NCBI GenBank assembly: GCA_041821485.1
Contig: JBGUEF010000002.1
Coordinates: 1-42,657 of the forward strand
Length of the DNA: 42,657 nt
Source of the DNA: Deltaproteobacteria bacterium
GTDB taxonomy: Bacteria; Myxococcota_A; Polyangia; Polyangiales; Houyiibacteriaceae
Direction of reading: 5' to 3'
In this document: in pieces, positions 19,593 through 29,445 of the stretch
How positions within the stretch are numbered: position 1 is the first letter of the stretch
How the letters are laid out: every line of letters starts with the position of its first letter
Program-made: the position numbers and the translations under genes
The notes under the pieces: model-generated
The model's database searches: none
What the model was told of the DNA's origin: nothing
Seen by the model: the letters and a program-made list of their open reading frames with translations, nothing else

Positions 19593-19892
19593 GCAACCAG
19601 GTTTCCAACCCCCCGAACCGCAGACGGCGACCCGCCGCCCGTATCTGATCGCGTCCTAACGAACTCGCGCGCACTGCAAAGATCCGACCAGCGTGCACAA
19701 AAACGGCAGAAGCCCACATGTCGGCACGGCCTCAACAGCATGATTTCACTAAGATTTTCCTATTAATCCTTGACTCCTAGACCGCGAGAACACAACCCTT
19801 AATTCAGCTTGCGCAGAGTCAAAACGCGATGGAAACTCGCCCCGCTTCGAGAGATTTGCTGCTGATGCAGAGGAAGCTCCGGAGGCTGCAAG

Positions 19893-20162
19893 ATGAGTGA
19901 ACAGCGAAGAACATCCTTCATCAACTTCCTAGCTCCAGAGGGTTCCGATCCCATGGCTTGGGCCGACATCTGCCGTGAAGAGACGTGGCAGGGCCGCTGG
20001 GTCGCACTCGATGATTGCGCGTACAACGCGGCTGGTGAAGCCACCGCAGGCCTCGTCGTGGACTACGACGACAACCTTGCCGAGCTCTGTGCTCGCCTCA
20101 GCGCGGAGCGCCGCAAGAGATGCTCGGTTGTGTTCTGCCCGCCAGCCGAGTCGGCCGCTTAG
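19893..20162 (+). CDS. small hypothetical cytoplasmic protein (89 aa, 5 Cys)
   Basis: GGAGG lies 7 nt upstream of the ATG, and GC3 is high. The core WQGRWVALDD...LVVDYDDNLAELCARL is reminiscent of short DUF5678-type proteins, but that call comes only from my recollection of the pattern. Confidence 0.5.
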   Translation: MSEQRRTSFINFLAPEGSDPMAWADICREETWQGRWVALDDCAYNAAGEATAGLVVDYDDNLAELCARLSAERRKRCSVVFCPPAESAA

Positions 20163-20662
20163 CCGTCCGGGGCGTCTTCCTCGTCCCAGGGGTGTTGCTT
20201 CTCCTCGAGTGAGACCGGCTCGTCCGCACCCGTGCATCGGTCGGGCTGGCCCCGGCGAAGCTTGACCGCGTTCCATGGCCCACCGCCCGATAGGTCGTCG
20301 TCCATGCCCCACTCGCCCTGGACGTACTGGTCGCCGTCCTCGCCGATTTGGATTCGGAAATAGCCTCGCCCGCGGCGGATCTGTGGCTTGCCCGAGACCA
20401 GCTCCCGGCGGTCTTCCCACTGGAAGATCAGCAGGTCGCCGTCGACGTCGCCCTGAATTCGCCCGGCGCGCTCGTTCTTGATGTAGTCGCCGATCACCTG
20501 CTTGCCGCTCTGACACATGTGCATGTTGCCGTATTGCGGCGACTGCCAGACCCCGTAGAAGGTCGCTCCCTCCGGCAGCGGACCGGCTTTCGGCTTCTGA
20601 GAGCCCCCGCAGCCGAAGATGACCCCCAGCAACAGGGCCAACGCTATCTGCTTTGCCTTCAT
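20159..20662 (-). CDS. hypothetical lipoprotein
   Basis: The ATG at 20662 is preceded by GGGGAGG. Signal peptide plus lipobox MKAKQIALALLLGVIFGC. Acidic C-terminal tail. No family recognised. Confidence 0.65.
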   Translation of the reverse strand: MKAKQIALALLLGVIFGCGGSQKPKAGPLPEGATFYGVWQSPQYGNMHMCQSGKQVIGDYIKNERAGRIQGDVDGDLLIFQWEDRRELVSGKPQIRRGRGYFRIQIGEDGDQYVQGEWGMDDDLSGGGPWNAVKLRRGQPDRCTGADEPVSLEEKQHPWDEEDAPDG

Positions 20663-20721
20663 CGAGTGCCTCCCCGTACCCACGATAAACGACCCTCGAG
20701 CGAAAGCGTAATTTCGGCAGC

Positions 20722-22413
20722 TCAGCGTATCCGGGGAATGGAAATCACATGGTAGAGGACGGCTGGGCCCTCGCTGAGCAGGAACGCCAAGTCCCGGAGC
20801 CCCTCGAAGACCGAGCCATCGAGGCCGAGCTGTGCGGCTGGCGGCGGCGGCTCGAGCCGGTAGCTCGCGACCATCATCGGGCGCAGCCTCTCACGGAGCC
20901 GTGGAGGCGCGTCGATGCTGTCCCTGAGGCGGTCGAGCGCGGTGTCCATGCCGCCAAGCTCATCAACGAGGCCGAGACGGTGCGCATCGGCGGCCAGCCA
21001 CACTCGGCCACGGGCGAGCGGCTCGATCTCGTCGACAGGCCGCCCTCGCCCATCCGCGACCAGCGCGACGAAGGAGTCGTAGAAAGCGTCGAGCTCTCGA
21101 TTCATGAGAGCGCGCTCCTCGTCAGTGAGTGGGCGGTGAGGCGAGAAGATATCGGCATGAGGGCCCGTCTGGAGGACCTCGGTTCGGATCCCGACGCGAT
21201 CGAGGAGCTGCGACGCCATCAGGCGGGCAGAGACGACCCCGATGGAGCCCGTGAGGCCCAGAGGCTGGGCGACGATGGCGTTCGCGTGGGCGGCGACGTA
21301 ATACCCACCGCTGGCGGCAACCTCGCCGAAGTATGCGACGACGGGCTTCTTCTCTTTGACCCGGACGACCTCGCGGTGAATCAAGTCGGACGCTTCGGCG
21401 GAACCTCCTGGGGAGTCGACCCAGAGCAACACGCCAAGCGCTCGGCGGTCGCGGCGTGCGTGACGAAGGGCCGCCACGATGGAAGCCCGCCGGCCCGTCG
21501 GCGCGCCAGACTCAGAGATGGCCCCCTTGATCGCGACGACGGCAATGTAAGGTCGGCGTCGCAAAGGACGGAAGAGCTTGGCTTCCTTGAAGTCGAGGTA
21601 GCGGTCGCCTTCGATGACTTCTTTCTTCTTGTCGACCCCGAGCTTGCCGGGGAGCTCGTCTTCGTACGCGAGCGCATCGATGAGGCGGGCGTCGATTGCG
21701 TCTTGTCCGCGGAACACGCCCGCTTCGAAGAGCGTTCGGGCCTCCGACGGCGTGGTGCCCGTGCGTTGAGCCAGCGCGTCGAGCAATGCATCGGTGTGCC
21801 CATCGATGAGCGCCTGGAGTTGCTCGCGCTGATACTCACTCATGGAGTCGCGGCTCACGCGCTCTGCGGCGGTCTTGTATTCCTTGCGGGCAAACGGCTC
21901 GACCTCGACCCCGATGCGGTCGAGAAGCGGCTTCACGTAGTGCGACTGCGCGGACAAACCGAGCAATGTGATCGTGGCCTGCGGTGCGGCATAGATGTGC
22001 TTGGCTGCGGAGGCCACATAGAGCTCCCGATGTCCGCCGCCCCGCGGGAGAAGCACCGTGGTGGCCTTGCCCTCGGCCCTGAGCCGGAGAATCTGCTCGC
22101 GGAGACCCGCACAGACTGACCACCCAGCTTGAAGGGGCGGCAACACGAACGCGACTCCCTCGATTCGAGAGTCCCTGATCGCATAATCAGCAAGCCGGCG
22201 AACGGCCGCCAGGGACGAGGTGCGCCTCAGCGAGTCAGCATCGAGAATCCGGCGCAGCCAAGGAAGCGGCTGACGGGCCTCTACCAGGCGCGGTTTGAGC
22301 CGGACTACGACCCAACGACCCTTGGGCCGCGATAGCCATCGGGCGATCGCCCAGATTGGCAGGAGCGGGACACACAGCAGATTCCGGATCGAGCGGAGGA
22401 CTGAACGAAGCAT
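20722..22413 (-). CDS. sppA: signal peptide peptidase SppA, two-domain (67K) type
   Basis: 563 aa with tandem S49 domains. The C-terminal domain carries EVAASGGYYVA...GLTGSIGV (catalytic Ser context). Confidence 0.88.
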   Translation of the reverse strand: MLRSVLRSIRNLLCVPLLPIWAIARWLSRPKGRWVVVRLKPRLVEARQPLPWLRRILDADSLRRTSSLAAVRRLADYAIRDSRIEGVAFVLPPLQAGWSVCAGLREQILRLRAEGKATTVLLPRGGGHRELYVASAAKHIYAAPQATITLLGLSAQSHYVKPLLDRIGVEVEPFARKEYKTAAERVSRDSMSEYQREQLQALIDGHTDALLDALAQRTGTTPSEARTLFEAGVFRGQDAIDARLIDALAYEDELPGKLGVDKKKEVIEGDRYLDFKEAKLFRPLRRRPYIAVVAIKGAISESGAPTGRRASIVAALRHARRDRRALGVLLWVDSPGGSAEASDLIHREVVRVKEKKPVVAYFGEVAASGGYYVAAHANAIVAQPLGLTGSIGVVSARLMASQLLDRVGIRTEVLQTGPHADIFSPHRPLTDEERALMNRELDAFYDSFVALVADGRGRPVDEIEPLARGRVWLAADAHRLGLVDELGGMDTALDRLRDSIDAPPRLRERLRPMMVASYRLEPPPPAAQLGLDGSVFEGLRDLAFLLSEGPAVLYHVISIPRIR

Positions 22414-22536
22414 CGTTTTTGCCTATAGTGACGGCTTGTTATGCTGGAAGTGGTGGGGCCGGAAATCTTTACCGGCGACTAGCGCTCTGCTAGGAACTCA
22501 TAGCACTCAAGAAGGCGAAGGAGCACGGCTCAGAAC

Positions 22537-23019
22537 ATGGCAAGCCCCCAGATGGTGATGTACGAGGAGGAGTTTGCCCAGGTCCAGGCCGTGACCAACA
22601 GGCTGGTCCAGGATGCAAACGCGCGCGTGGTCTTCGTCATCGACAAGAACGGCCAGCTGATCAGCGCCTCGGGCGACACCGCAGACATCGATACGACTTC
22701 CCTCGCCTCGCTCACAGCGGGTACCATTGCAGCGACGGGAGGCATCGCGCAGCTGCTGCGGGAGCAGGAGTTCGCGACCCAATACCACGAGGGGGTTCGG
22801 CAGAATGTTCACATTCAAGTGGTCAGCGGTCGCGTGATTCTTGTGGTCATCTTCGACAATCGGACAAGCTTGGGCCTAGTACGCTTGCGTGTGAAGCGAG
22901 CAACCGAGAACCTGACGCGAATCTTCGAGATGGTGATGGCCAAGGCACAGGATCCTTTCCGAAGTTCACCGTTCTCAGAAATAACCGATGACGACATCGA
23001 CAACTTGTTCAATGATTGA
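22537..23019 (+). CDS. mglB: Roadblock/LC7-family GTPase-activating protein MglB
   Basis: 160 aa. It lies immediately upstream of mglA, as in Myxococcus. Roadblock core VVFVIDKNGQLISASG...GRVILVVIFD. Confidence 0.9.
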   Translation: MASPQMVMYEEEFAQVQAVTNRLVQDANARVVFVIDKNGQLISASGDTADIDTTSLASLTAGTIAATGGIAQLLREQEFATQYHEGVRQNVHIQVVSGRVILVVIFDNRTSLGLVRLRVKRATENLTRIFEMVMAKAQDPFRSSPFSEITDDDIDNLFND

Positions 23020-23038
23020 CTAGGAGAGGCTTGGGGGG

Positions 23039-23632
23039 ATGTCTTTCATCAACTACTTATCGCGCGAGATCAACTGCAAGATCGTTTACTACGGTCCTGG
23101 GCTGTGCGGTAAGACGACCAACCTGCAGTACATCTACAATCGCACCAATCCGGATGCGAAAGGTAAGATGATCTCGCTCGCGACCGAAACCGAGCGAACG
23201 CTTTTCTTCGACTTCCTACCTCTCGAGATCGGCGAGATCCGCGGCTTCAAGACGCGCTTCCATCTCTACACGGTCCCCGGCCAGGTGTTCTACGACGCTA
23301 GCCGCAAGTTGATTTTGAAGGGCGTCGATGGTGTCGTCTTCGTCGCAGATTCGCAAATGCTTCGCTCGGAGGCCAACAGCGAGTCGATGGACAACCTCCG
23401 CACCAACCTCGCGGAACAGGGCTATAACCTCGACACCGTCCCGTACGTCATCCAGTACAACAAACGAGACATGCCCAACGTCTCGCCCACCGAAGAGCTC
23501 CGCCAAATGCTCAACACGGGCGGGGTCCCCGACTTCAACGCTGTCGCCACAACCGGCGAAGGCGTCTTCGAAACCCTGAAATCCATAGCCAAACTAGTCC
23601 TAACCGAACTAAAACGCGGCGCCGCCCGATAA
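23039..23632 (+). CDS. mglA: Ras-like polarity/motility GTPase MglA
   Basis: [32 protein letters not shown]...[35 protein letters not shown] is nearly identical to M. xanthus MglA as I remember it. Confidence 0.97.
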   Translation: MSFINYLSREINCKIVYYGPGLCGKTTNLQYIYNRTNPDAKGKMISLATETERTLFFDFLPLEIGEIRGFKTRFHLYTVPGQVFYDASRKLILKGVDGVVFVADSQMLRSEANSESMDNLRTNLAEQGYNLDTVPYVIQYNKRDMPNVSPTEELRQMLNTGGVPDFNAVATTGEGVFETLKSIAKLVLTELKRGAAR

Positions 23633-23648
23633 GGGGAGAGTGTCGCCT

Positions 23649-26108
23649 TTAGGCGATGAGGTTGAGGATTTTTCCGGGGACCCAGATGATTTTTCGGAGG
23701 GGTTTGCCCTCGAGTTGTGCGGCGAGGTTGGGGAGAGCTTGGGCGGCGGCTAGGGCTTGAGCTTCGGTGGCGTCCTTGGGGAGGGTGATTCGCGCTCGGA
23801 CTTTGCCGTTGATTTGGACGGGGACTTCGACTTCGTCTTGTTCGCAGAGGGCGGGGTCGTAGGTGGGCCAGGCTTCGCGTTGGATGCTGGGGGGGTGGCC
23901 GAGCAGTTCCCAGACTTCTTCGCCGGCATGCGGGGCAAAGGGGTGCAGGAGCTTTGCGAGGATGCCTAGCGCCTCGCTCGGGATCTCTTCGAGCTTCATC
24001 AGCTCGTTGGTGAGGACCATCATTGCACTGATCGCGGTGTTGAAGCGCATGGCCTCGATGTCTTCGGTGACCTTGCGAATCGTTTGATGCAACAAGCGAG
24101 TGAGTGCGTCGTCTGGTTCGGCGTCCGGCGTTGCGCGCGACGTGACGGTGAAGACGCGGTCGAGGAATCGACGCACGCCGGCAATCGAGCTGGTGTTCCA
24201 GGGCTTCGCGGCCTCGAGCGGGCCCATGAACATCTCGTAGATGCGCAATGAGTCGGCGCCGAACGCGTCCACGATATCGTCGGGGTTCACCACGTTGCCT
24301 CGAGCCTTGCTCATCTTCTGGCCGTCTTCGCCGAGGATCATCCCTTGGTGAACGAGCTTCTTGAAAGGCTCCTTGGTGGGGACGAGGCCCGCGTCATAGA
24401 GCACTTTGTGCCAAAAGCGGGCGTACAAGAGGTGCAAGACGGCATGTTCAGCGCCGCCCACGTAGAGGTCGACGGGGAGCCATCTTTGCGCGAGCTCGGA
24501 TGAGCACAGCGTCTCTGAGTTGTGTGGATCCAGGAATCGCAGGTAGTACCAGCAGGAGCCCGCCCACTGCGGCATGGTGTTCGTCTCGCGCGCGAACCAC
24601 TTCCCGTCTTTCTGGAAAAAGCGCCAGTCTCGCGCGCGCGCCAAAACCCCGGCAGGATCCTCGCCGGGTTTGTAATCGTCCAGCTCGGGCAATCGCAACG
24701 GTAGCTCGCTTTCGTCGACCGCCTTCGGTTGATCGTAACGAATCGTGAAATCAGCCCCAGCTCGTGGGTCGCCTTCGGTCTCCACCGGAAAGTAAACCGG
24801 AATGGGCTCGCCCCAATAGCGCTGTCGCGAAAAATTCCAGTCGCGAAGCTTGTACTCAACTCGCGCTCGGCCTTTGGCCGCTGCCTCCAGGTCGGCGGTA
24901 ACGCGCTCTTTGAATTCGGCCGTTTCGAGCCCGTCATACTTGCCGGAGTTCACTGCAACGCCGTGTTCGATCATGGCCTCCTGCAACGGAATGTCGCTGG
25001 TCCTGCCCGACCTGCTGACCACCTCGATGATCGGAATGCCAAGAGCAGTGGCGAACTCGAAGTCGCGCTGGTCGTGGGCAGGCACAGCCATGATGGCGCC
25101 GGTGCCGTATCCCCAGAGCACGTAGTCGGCGATGTAGATCGGAACCTCGGCCCCGTTGACAGGATTGATCGCGAGCCCGCCGGTGAAGACACCCGTCTTC
25201 TCTTTGCTCGACTGCCGGTCGCGCTCGCTCTTGTTCTTCGCTTGCTGGACGTAGGCATCGACCTGAGCTCGCTGGGCATCTGTGGTGACCGACTCGACGA
25301 GCGGGTGCTCCGGGGCAAGCACCATGAACGTCGCGCCGAACAAGGTGTCGGGCCGCGTCGTGAAGACCTCGATGCTCGCGTCATGGCCCGCGACGTCGAA
25401 CTTCACCTCGGCGCCTTCAGAGCGGCCGATCCACTCCTCCTGCATGATACGCGTGCTGTTCGGCCAGTCGACGCCTTCGAGGTCTTCTAGGAGCCTGTCT
25501 GCATAGGCGGTGATCTTCAGTACCCACTGCCGAAGCGGAACTCGCTCGACCGGGTGCCCTCCCCGTTCGCTCAGGCCATTGATGACCTCTTCGTTGGCTA
25601 GCACGGTGCCGAGCGCGGCACACCAGTTGACCGGAATCTCGCTCTGATACGCGAGGCCACGCTCAAACAGCTTGAGGAAGATCCACTGGGTCCACTTCAC
25701 GTAATCCGGCGACGTCGTGTCGATCTCGCGCGACCAGTCGTAGCTGAAGCCCAGCATCTTGAGCTGCCGCTTGAAAGTCGCGATGTTCTTCTTGGTCGTG
25801 TCGCGCGGATGCGTGCCCGTGAGAATCGCGTGCTGCTCCGCGGGGAGCCCGAACGCGTCCCAGCCCATGGGATGGAGCACCGCGTAGCCCTTGGCCCGAC
25901 GGTAGCGCGCGACGATGTCGGTCGCTGTATATCCCTCCGGGTGCCCGACGTGGAGCCCAGCGCCAGACGGATACGGGAACATATCGAGAATGTACGTCTT
26001 CGGACGGTCGCTCCCCTCAGGCGTGCGAAACGTGTCGTCTTGGTCCCAGAAGGCCTGCCATTTGGGCTCAATCGCCGCTGGATCGTAGCGCGTCATCGCG
26101 CCTGCCAT
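23649..26108 (-). CDS. leuS: leucyl-tRNA synthetase
   Basis: 819 aa. HVGH (HIGH-type) motif, KMSKARGN (KMSKS), and a CP1 editing region. The start is either the ATG at 26108 or MTRYDP at 26096. Confidence 0.96.
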   Translation of the reverse strand: MAGAMTRYDPAAIEPKWQAFWDQDDTFRTPEGSDRPKTYILDMFPYPSGAGLHVGHPEGYTATDIVARYRRAKGYAVLHPMGWDAFGLPAEQHAILTGTHPRDTTKKNIATFKRQLKMLGFSYDWSREIDTTSPDYVKWTQWIFLKLFERGLAYQSEIPVNWCAALGTVLANEEVINGLSERGGHPVERVPLRQWVLKITAYADRLLEDLEGVDWPNSTRIMQEEWIGRSEGAEVKFDVAGHDASIEVFTTRPDTLFGATFMVLAPEHPLVESVTTDAQRAQVDAYVQQAKNKSERDRQSSKEKTGVFTGGLAINPVNGAEVPIYIADYVLWGYGTGAIMAVPAHDQRDFEFATALGIPIIEVVSRSGRTSDIPLQEAMIEHGVAVNSGKYDGLETAEFKERVTADLEAAAKGRARVEYKLRDWNFSRQRYWGEPIPVYFPVETEGDPRAGADFTIRYDQPKAVDESELPLRLPELDDYKPGEDPAGVLARARDWRFFQKDGKWFARETNTMPQWAGSCWYYLRFLDPHNSETLCSSELAQRWLPVDLYVGGAEHAVLHLLYARFWHKVLYDAGLVPTKEPFKKLVHQGMILGEDGQKMSKARGNVVNPDDIVDAFGADSLRIYEMFMGPLEAAKPWNTSSIAGVRRFLDRVFTVTSRATPDAEPDDALTRLLHQTIRKVTEDIEAMRFNTAISAMMVLTNELMKLEEIPSEALGILAKLLHPFAPHAGEEVWELLGHPPSIQREAWPTYDPALCEQDEVEVPVQINGKVRARITLPKDATEAQALAAAQALPNLAAQLEGKPLRKIIWVPGKILNLIA

Positions 26109-26133
26109 AGCATGCCGGCGCGCAGGCCGCGAT

Positions 26134-27231
26134 CTACGGACAGGCGTTCATCTGAGCGATCCAGTCGCGGAGGAGCTCCGCGCCGAACGGGTCGACGGTC
26201 GACGCCCCGGTCGATGGCATTCGCAGCTCGTTCTCCACGAGGAACCGCTGAAGGATGCCGGACCCCTCCGGGTTTCCTGGAGCGATACGAGGCAACCCGG
26301 CCCACTCGGGGAAGTACTTCATCGCGTCGCACATCCCGGTGTCTTCGAGCGGAAGCTCATGCCGGAAGTCGAGTCCGTGGTCGCCCGAGCTCGCATATCC
26401 GTTGGGCCGATGGCAATGCGAGCAGTTTGCGTCGAGATATGCGCGGGCCTGCTCGTCGAGGGTTCCCTCTCCCTTTTGCGGGTTTGCCATCCTCAGCTCG
26501 GCGTTCGGGTCGATCTCTTCGTCCGCGTCCCGCTCCAAGAGATCGATCTCCGCCATCGCAACGAGCTGGTTCGCTACCAGCCCGTCGTAGTTGCGGTCAC
26601 GGTTGATTTGCCGAGTCTTGGGGCCGAGCACGTCGTTGATCGCCGGTCCGTGGCAGGTCACACAATCGTCATACTCCGGGAACTGGTACTTGAGGATCCT
26701 CCCCTCGCCGCGTTCCTGGATGGTGTATTCGACGGTCTTTCGTGCTTCGAGAAGCTCGCCCTCCGTGCCCTCGTCGTTCCACTGGTAGGTCGAGTACTCC
26801 CAGGCCGCACCGTTCCGAACCATGAAGCGCGTCTCGACCGCGCGTCGGCTCTGCGGATCACCCACATCGAACTCGAAGCCGAACACCTTGATCAGGACGC
26901 TCCCGTTTGGGAACACCCACGAGCCATCGTCTTGGATCGCGATCTGCTCGGGGCTCGGCACGACCATATACCGAGGCTTGAACGCGCCGTCGGTCCACAA
27001 CGCCGAGTTGACGTCATAGGGAATGAGATCCGGTCCAGGCTCGAGCGTTTTGAGATCGGCGAAGCAACCCGTGTCGGAGAGGAGCGCCGGCATACCCGCC
27101 GACACGTCGGGCAGACAGGTCTGCACATCGGCGCGCAACTCGAGCGCGGGACCGGACCGAGAGGCCCCATCGCTTCCGCAGCTCATCAAGAGGAGCGCCA
27201 CAAGGCACCCCCCGGTACGCACGCACCCCAT
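26134..27231 (-). CDS. lipoprotein with two CxxCH haem-c motifs (resembles the HNE_0200/SO2930-like conserved hypothetical family)
   Basis: Start trimmed to the ATG at 27231 ([20 protein letters not shown], lipobox). Haem motifs CVTCH and CSHCH. The pattern LSDTGCF...[15 protein letters not shown]...P is typical of that family as I recall it. Confidence 0.7.
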   Translation of the reverse strand: MGCVRTGGCLVALLLMSCGSDGASRSGPALELRADVQTCLPDVSAGMPALLSDTGCFADLKTLEPGPDLIPYDVNSALWTDGAFKPRYMVVPSPEQIAIQDDGSWVFPNGSVLIKVFGFEFDVGDPQSRRAVETRFMVRNGAAWEYSTYQWNDEGTEGELLEARKTVEYTIQERGEGRILKYQFPEYDDCVTCHGPAINDVLGPKTRQINRDRNYDGLVANQLVAMAEIDLLERDADEEIDPNAELRMANPQKGEGTLDEQARAYLDANCSHCHRPNGYASSGDHGLDFRHELPLEDTGMCDAMKYFPEWAGLPRIAPGNPEGSGILQRFLVENELRMPSTGASTVDPFGAELLRDWIAQMNACP

Positions 27232-27280
27232 ACGTTCTCTGTAGCGCAGTCCCCGACGCCATCCCAACTCCTGGAGGCGC

Positions 27281-28189
27281 TTAATTTGCGCGAGCGGAGT
27301 CCTCGATCGCATGCCAGCGGAACGGAGAGAGCAAGTGTGCCCAGTAGCCGCCCGGAAAGTTCGGCAAACTCGCGATTCCGATCTCGGTGGGCGGCTCACG
27401 ATCGCTCGGTAGAAACCGAGAACGGAACACAATATCCCACCAGATGATGTTGGCCCCGTAGTTCGTGTTGGCTTCCTCGAGGTGCTTCGAATGATGCCAG
27501 CGATGGAGCTCCGCCATGCTGAAGAACCAGTTGAGCGGCCCGAGCCGAATGTCCACGTTGCAATGTTGGAACATGCCGTGGACCGCGGTGAAGAGCGTGT
27601 GAAGCGCGATGATACGCGTGTCCGCGCCGAGCAGAATCAAAGGGGTGAGAGCCAGGAACTGTTGCGTAAACAGGTCCAGCGGATGGAAGCGTCCCGCGTT
27701 GAGCCAGTACAGCCGGGGTGCGCTGTGGTGTGCAGCGTGAAAGCGCCAAAGGAAGGCGTTCTCGTGCATCAACCGGTGAATCCAATAGGTCCCAAGCTCT
27801 CCGATGACGAGCGCCAGCAACAGTTGGACGAGCAGCGGCCAACGAGTCGGCCAAAGCTCCATCCCGAGCGTGTTCGAGAGCCAGGCCGCTCCTACGGTGA
27901 GACCCCCGACGAACGACACCGCGTAGACTTCAGGGATCCAGAAGTTGACGAGGTTGTGGATGAGGTCGGTCCGAATATCGTCGTGACTGTGAAGCCATGC
28001 GTCCTGATAGGGGTGAACTCGCTCGAGGACGAGCAACAGTAGAACGACGGCTCCGGTCAGCCCCATGACCGTCGCGACCGGACTCCAACCTTGCGCCACG
28101 CCGTAGACCCCGACGCCCATCACGCCACCAAACACGACCGGAAAGGTCCCGTAGGTGAGCGCGTTGTCGACCGCCTTGGGCTTCATCAC
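27281..28189 (-). CDS. fatty acid hydroxylase superfamily membrane protein (sterol desaturase / alkylglycerol monooxygenase-like)
   Basis: His boxes HRLMHE, HAAHHS and HRWHH, plus an NYGANIIWWD tail. At least 4 TM helices. The GTG (28189) and ATG (28186) starts both overlap the sulfotransferase stop. Confidence 0.85.
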   Translation of the reverse strand: MMKPKAVDNALTYGTFPVVFGGVMGVGVYGVAQGWSPVATVMGLTGAVVLLLLVLERVHPYQDAWLHSHDDIRTDLIHNLVNFWIPEVYAVSFVGGLTVGAAWLSNTLGMELWPTRWPLLVQLLLALVIGELGTYWIHRLMHENAFLWRFHAAHHSAPRLYWLNAGRFHPLDLFTQQFLALTPLILLGADTRIIALHTLFTAVHGMFQHCNVDIRLGPLNWFFSMAELHRWHHSKHLEEANTNYGANIIWWDIVFRSRFLPSDREPPTEIGIASLPNFPGGYWAHLLSPFRWHAIEDSARAN

Positions 28190-29445
28190 GCTTCCATCTG
28201 AATCGGGAAGCGTTCGTAGTAGAAGTCAAAGCGCTTTCGAAGAACTTCCGGGTCAACCCCGAAGTCGCCTGGAAGGTCATAGAGGATCCGCCCGTGCTTC
28301 CCACGCGGATTCTCTGTCATGTACTGGTCGAGCGACGCCCTCGCCTCTTCCGTCATCTCGAGGCCAGCGACCTCGTAGATGCGCTCCACCATCGAAACGT
28401 CATTCGCCATGAACTCGTGAAAGAGCACGTCGATGCTCTGCGACGCGGGAAGCTGGTCACGATCACGCACGCATGAGCGAAGGAGTTGCTCCACCCGCTC
28501 ACTCCAATACGCCGCGACCGCCGGTGGGTCCACCTTGGTGCGACGCATCCGGTCACCATAGGTCAGCATCGTGATGGCAGATGCGACCACCGACACCGGA
28601 TCGCGATGTGTAAGGGCCACGGTGGCATCAGGGAACGTCTCGATCAGGGGCCCCAGCTGCTCCAAGTGCTGGGGTGACTTGAGAATCCAGCGGTCGGGAC
28701 CGTGCATCCACTGCAGCGCCTTGAGAACGTTCTTCATGTACTCGTAGTGCGGTCGCTGGTCGTGGGCGTAGTAGTAGTCGCGCCACCGGGGCACCACGGC
28801 GAGCCACTCCGGAAGGAACGTGGAGAAATCGAGCGCCCCGACTTCGATTTCCTCGTGCACGTGGTCGGGCGTCATGTCGTGCATGTTCTTGAGGAGCGGC
28901 GCAATCTGTCCGAACATCTGGTACTCGCCGGCACACTTCAGGTATCGCGGATCCCGCTCTTTGGGCCCGGGCGCTGTACTGGCGTCGGGAATCGGCTCGA
29001 GGCTTTCCCAGTACGGGAGCGAGCGGAGACGCGTGTCGGCCGCGATCAGGTTCAACAGGTGGGTCGTCCCCGAGCGGGGAAGCCCGGCAATGATGATCGG
29101 CTTGCGGATCTCGATGTCCAGGATTTCGGGGTGCCGTTTGATCAGGTCGTGAAAACGCAGTCGGTTGGCCGCGTACCGCACCATGTCTCCAAAGAATCGC
29201 ACCTGTCCCATCGGCCCGAGGTCCGCGTCCTCATCGACCGCCTGGCACCAGACCGCAAGTCGCTCACGAAAGTCGTCGGGTCCGAAATCCGAAAGCCCGG
29301 TGCGCTCCTGGGCCTCCCGCAGCACCGCGTCCTCGGTGAACTCGAGCTCGACCCCGGCGAAGCCATCGATCACCATCTTCTGCATCGGCGTGAGAACCGG
29401 CGCCCTGAGGTCGTCGATTCTGATGTCGTTCGCCCCATCGGTCAC
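28186..29445 (-). CDS. PAPS-dependent sulfotransferase family protein
   Basis: 5'-phosphosulfate loop GLPRSGTTHLLNL and 3'-phosphate motif THRDPVSVVAS. The GTG at 29445 forms a GTGA overlap with the upstream stop. The ORF-track ATG at 29514 would give a 73-nt overlap instead. Confidence 0.85.
   Translation of the reverse strand: MTDGANDIRIDDLRAPVLTPMQKMVIDGFAGVELEFTEDAVLREAQERTGLSDFGPDDFRERLAVWCQAVDEDADLGPMGQVRFFGDMVRYAANRLRFHDLIKRHPEILDIEIRKPIIIAGLPRSGTTHLLNLIAADTRLRSLPYWESLEPIPDASTAPGPKERDPRYLKCAGEYQMFGQIAPLLKNMHDMTPDHVHEEIEVGALDFSTFLPEWLAVVPRWRDYYYAHDQRPHYEYMKNVLKALQWMHGPDRWILKSPQHLEQLGPLIETFPDATVALTHRDPVSVVASAITMLTYGDRMRRTKVDPPAVAAYWSERVEQLLRSCVRDRDQLPASQSIDVLFHEFMANDVSMVERIYEVAGLEMTEEARASLDQYMTENPRGKHGRILYDLPGDFGVDPEVLRKRFDFYYERFPIQMEA

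Noticed and set aside
22414-22536. A sigma-70-like promoter for mglBA (TTGCCT ... TATGCT).
   Set aside because: The spacer between the best hexamers is about 15 nt, outside the usual 16-18 nt, and alternative -35 choices are poor. It is left unannotated pending transcription start site data.
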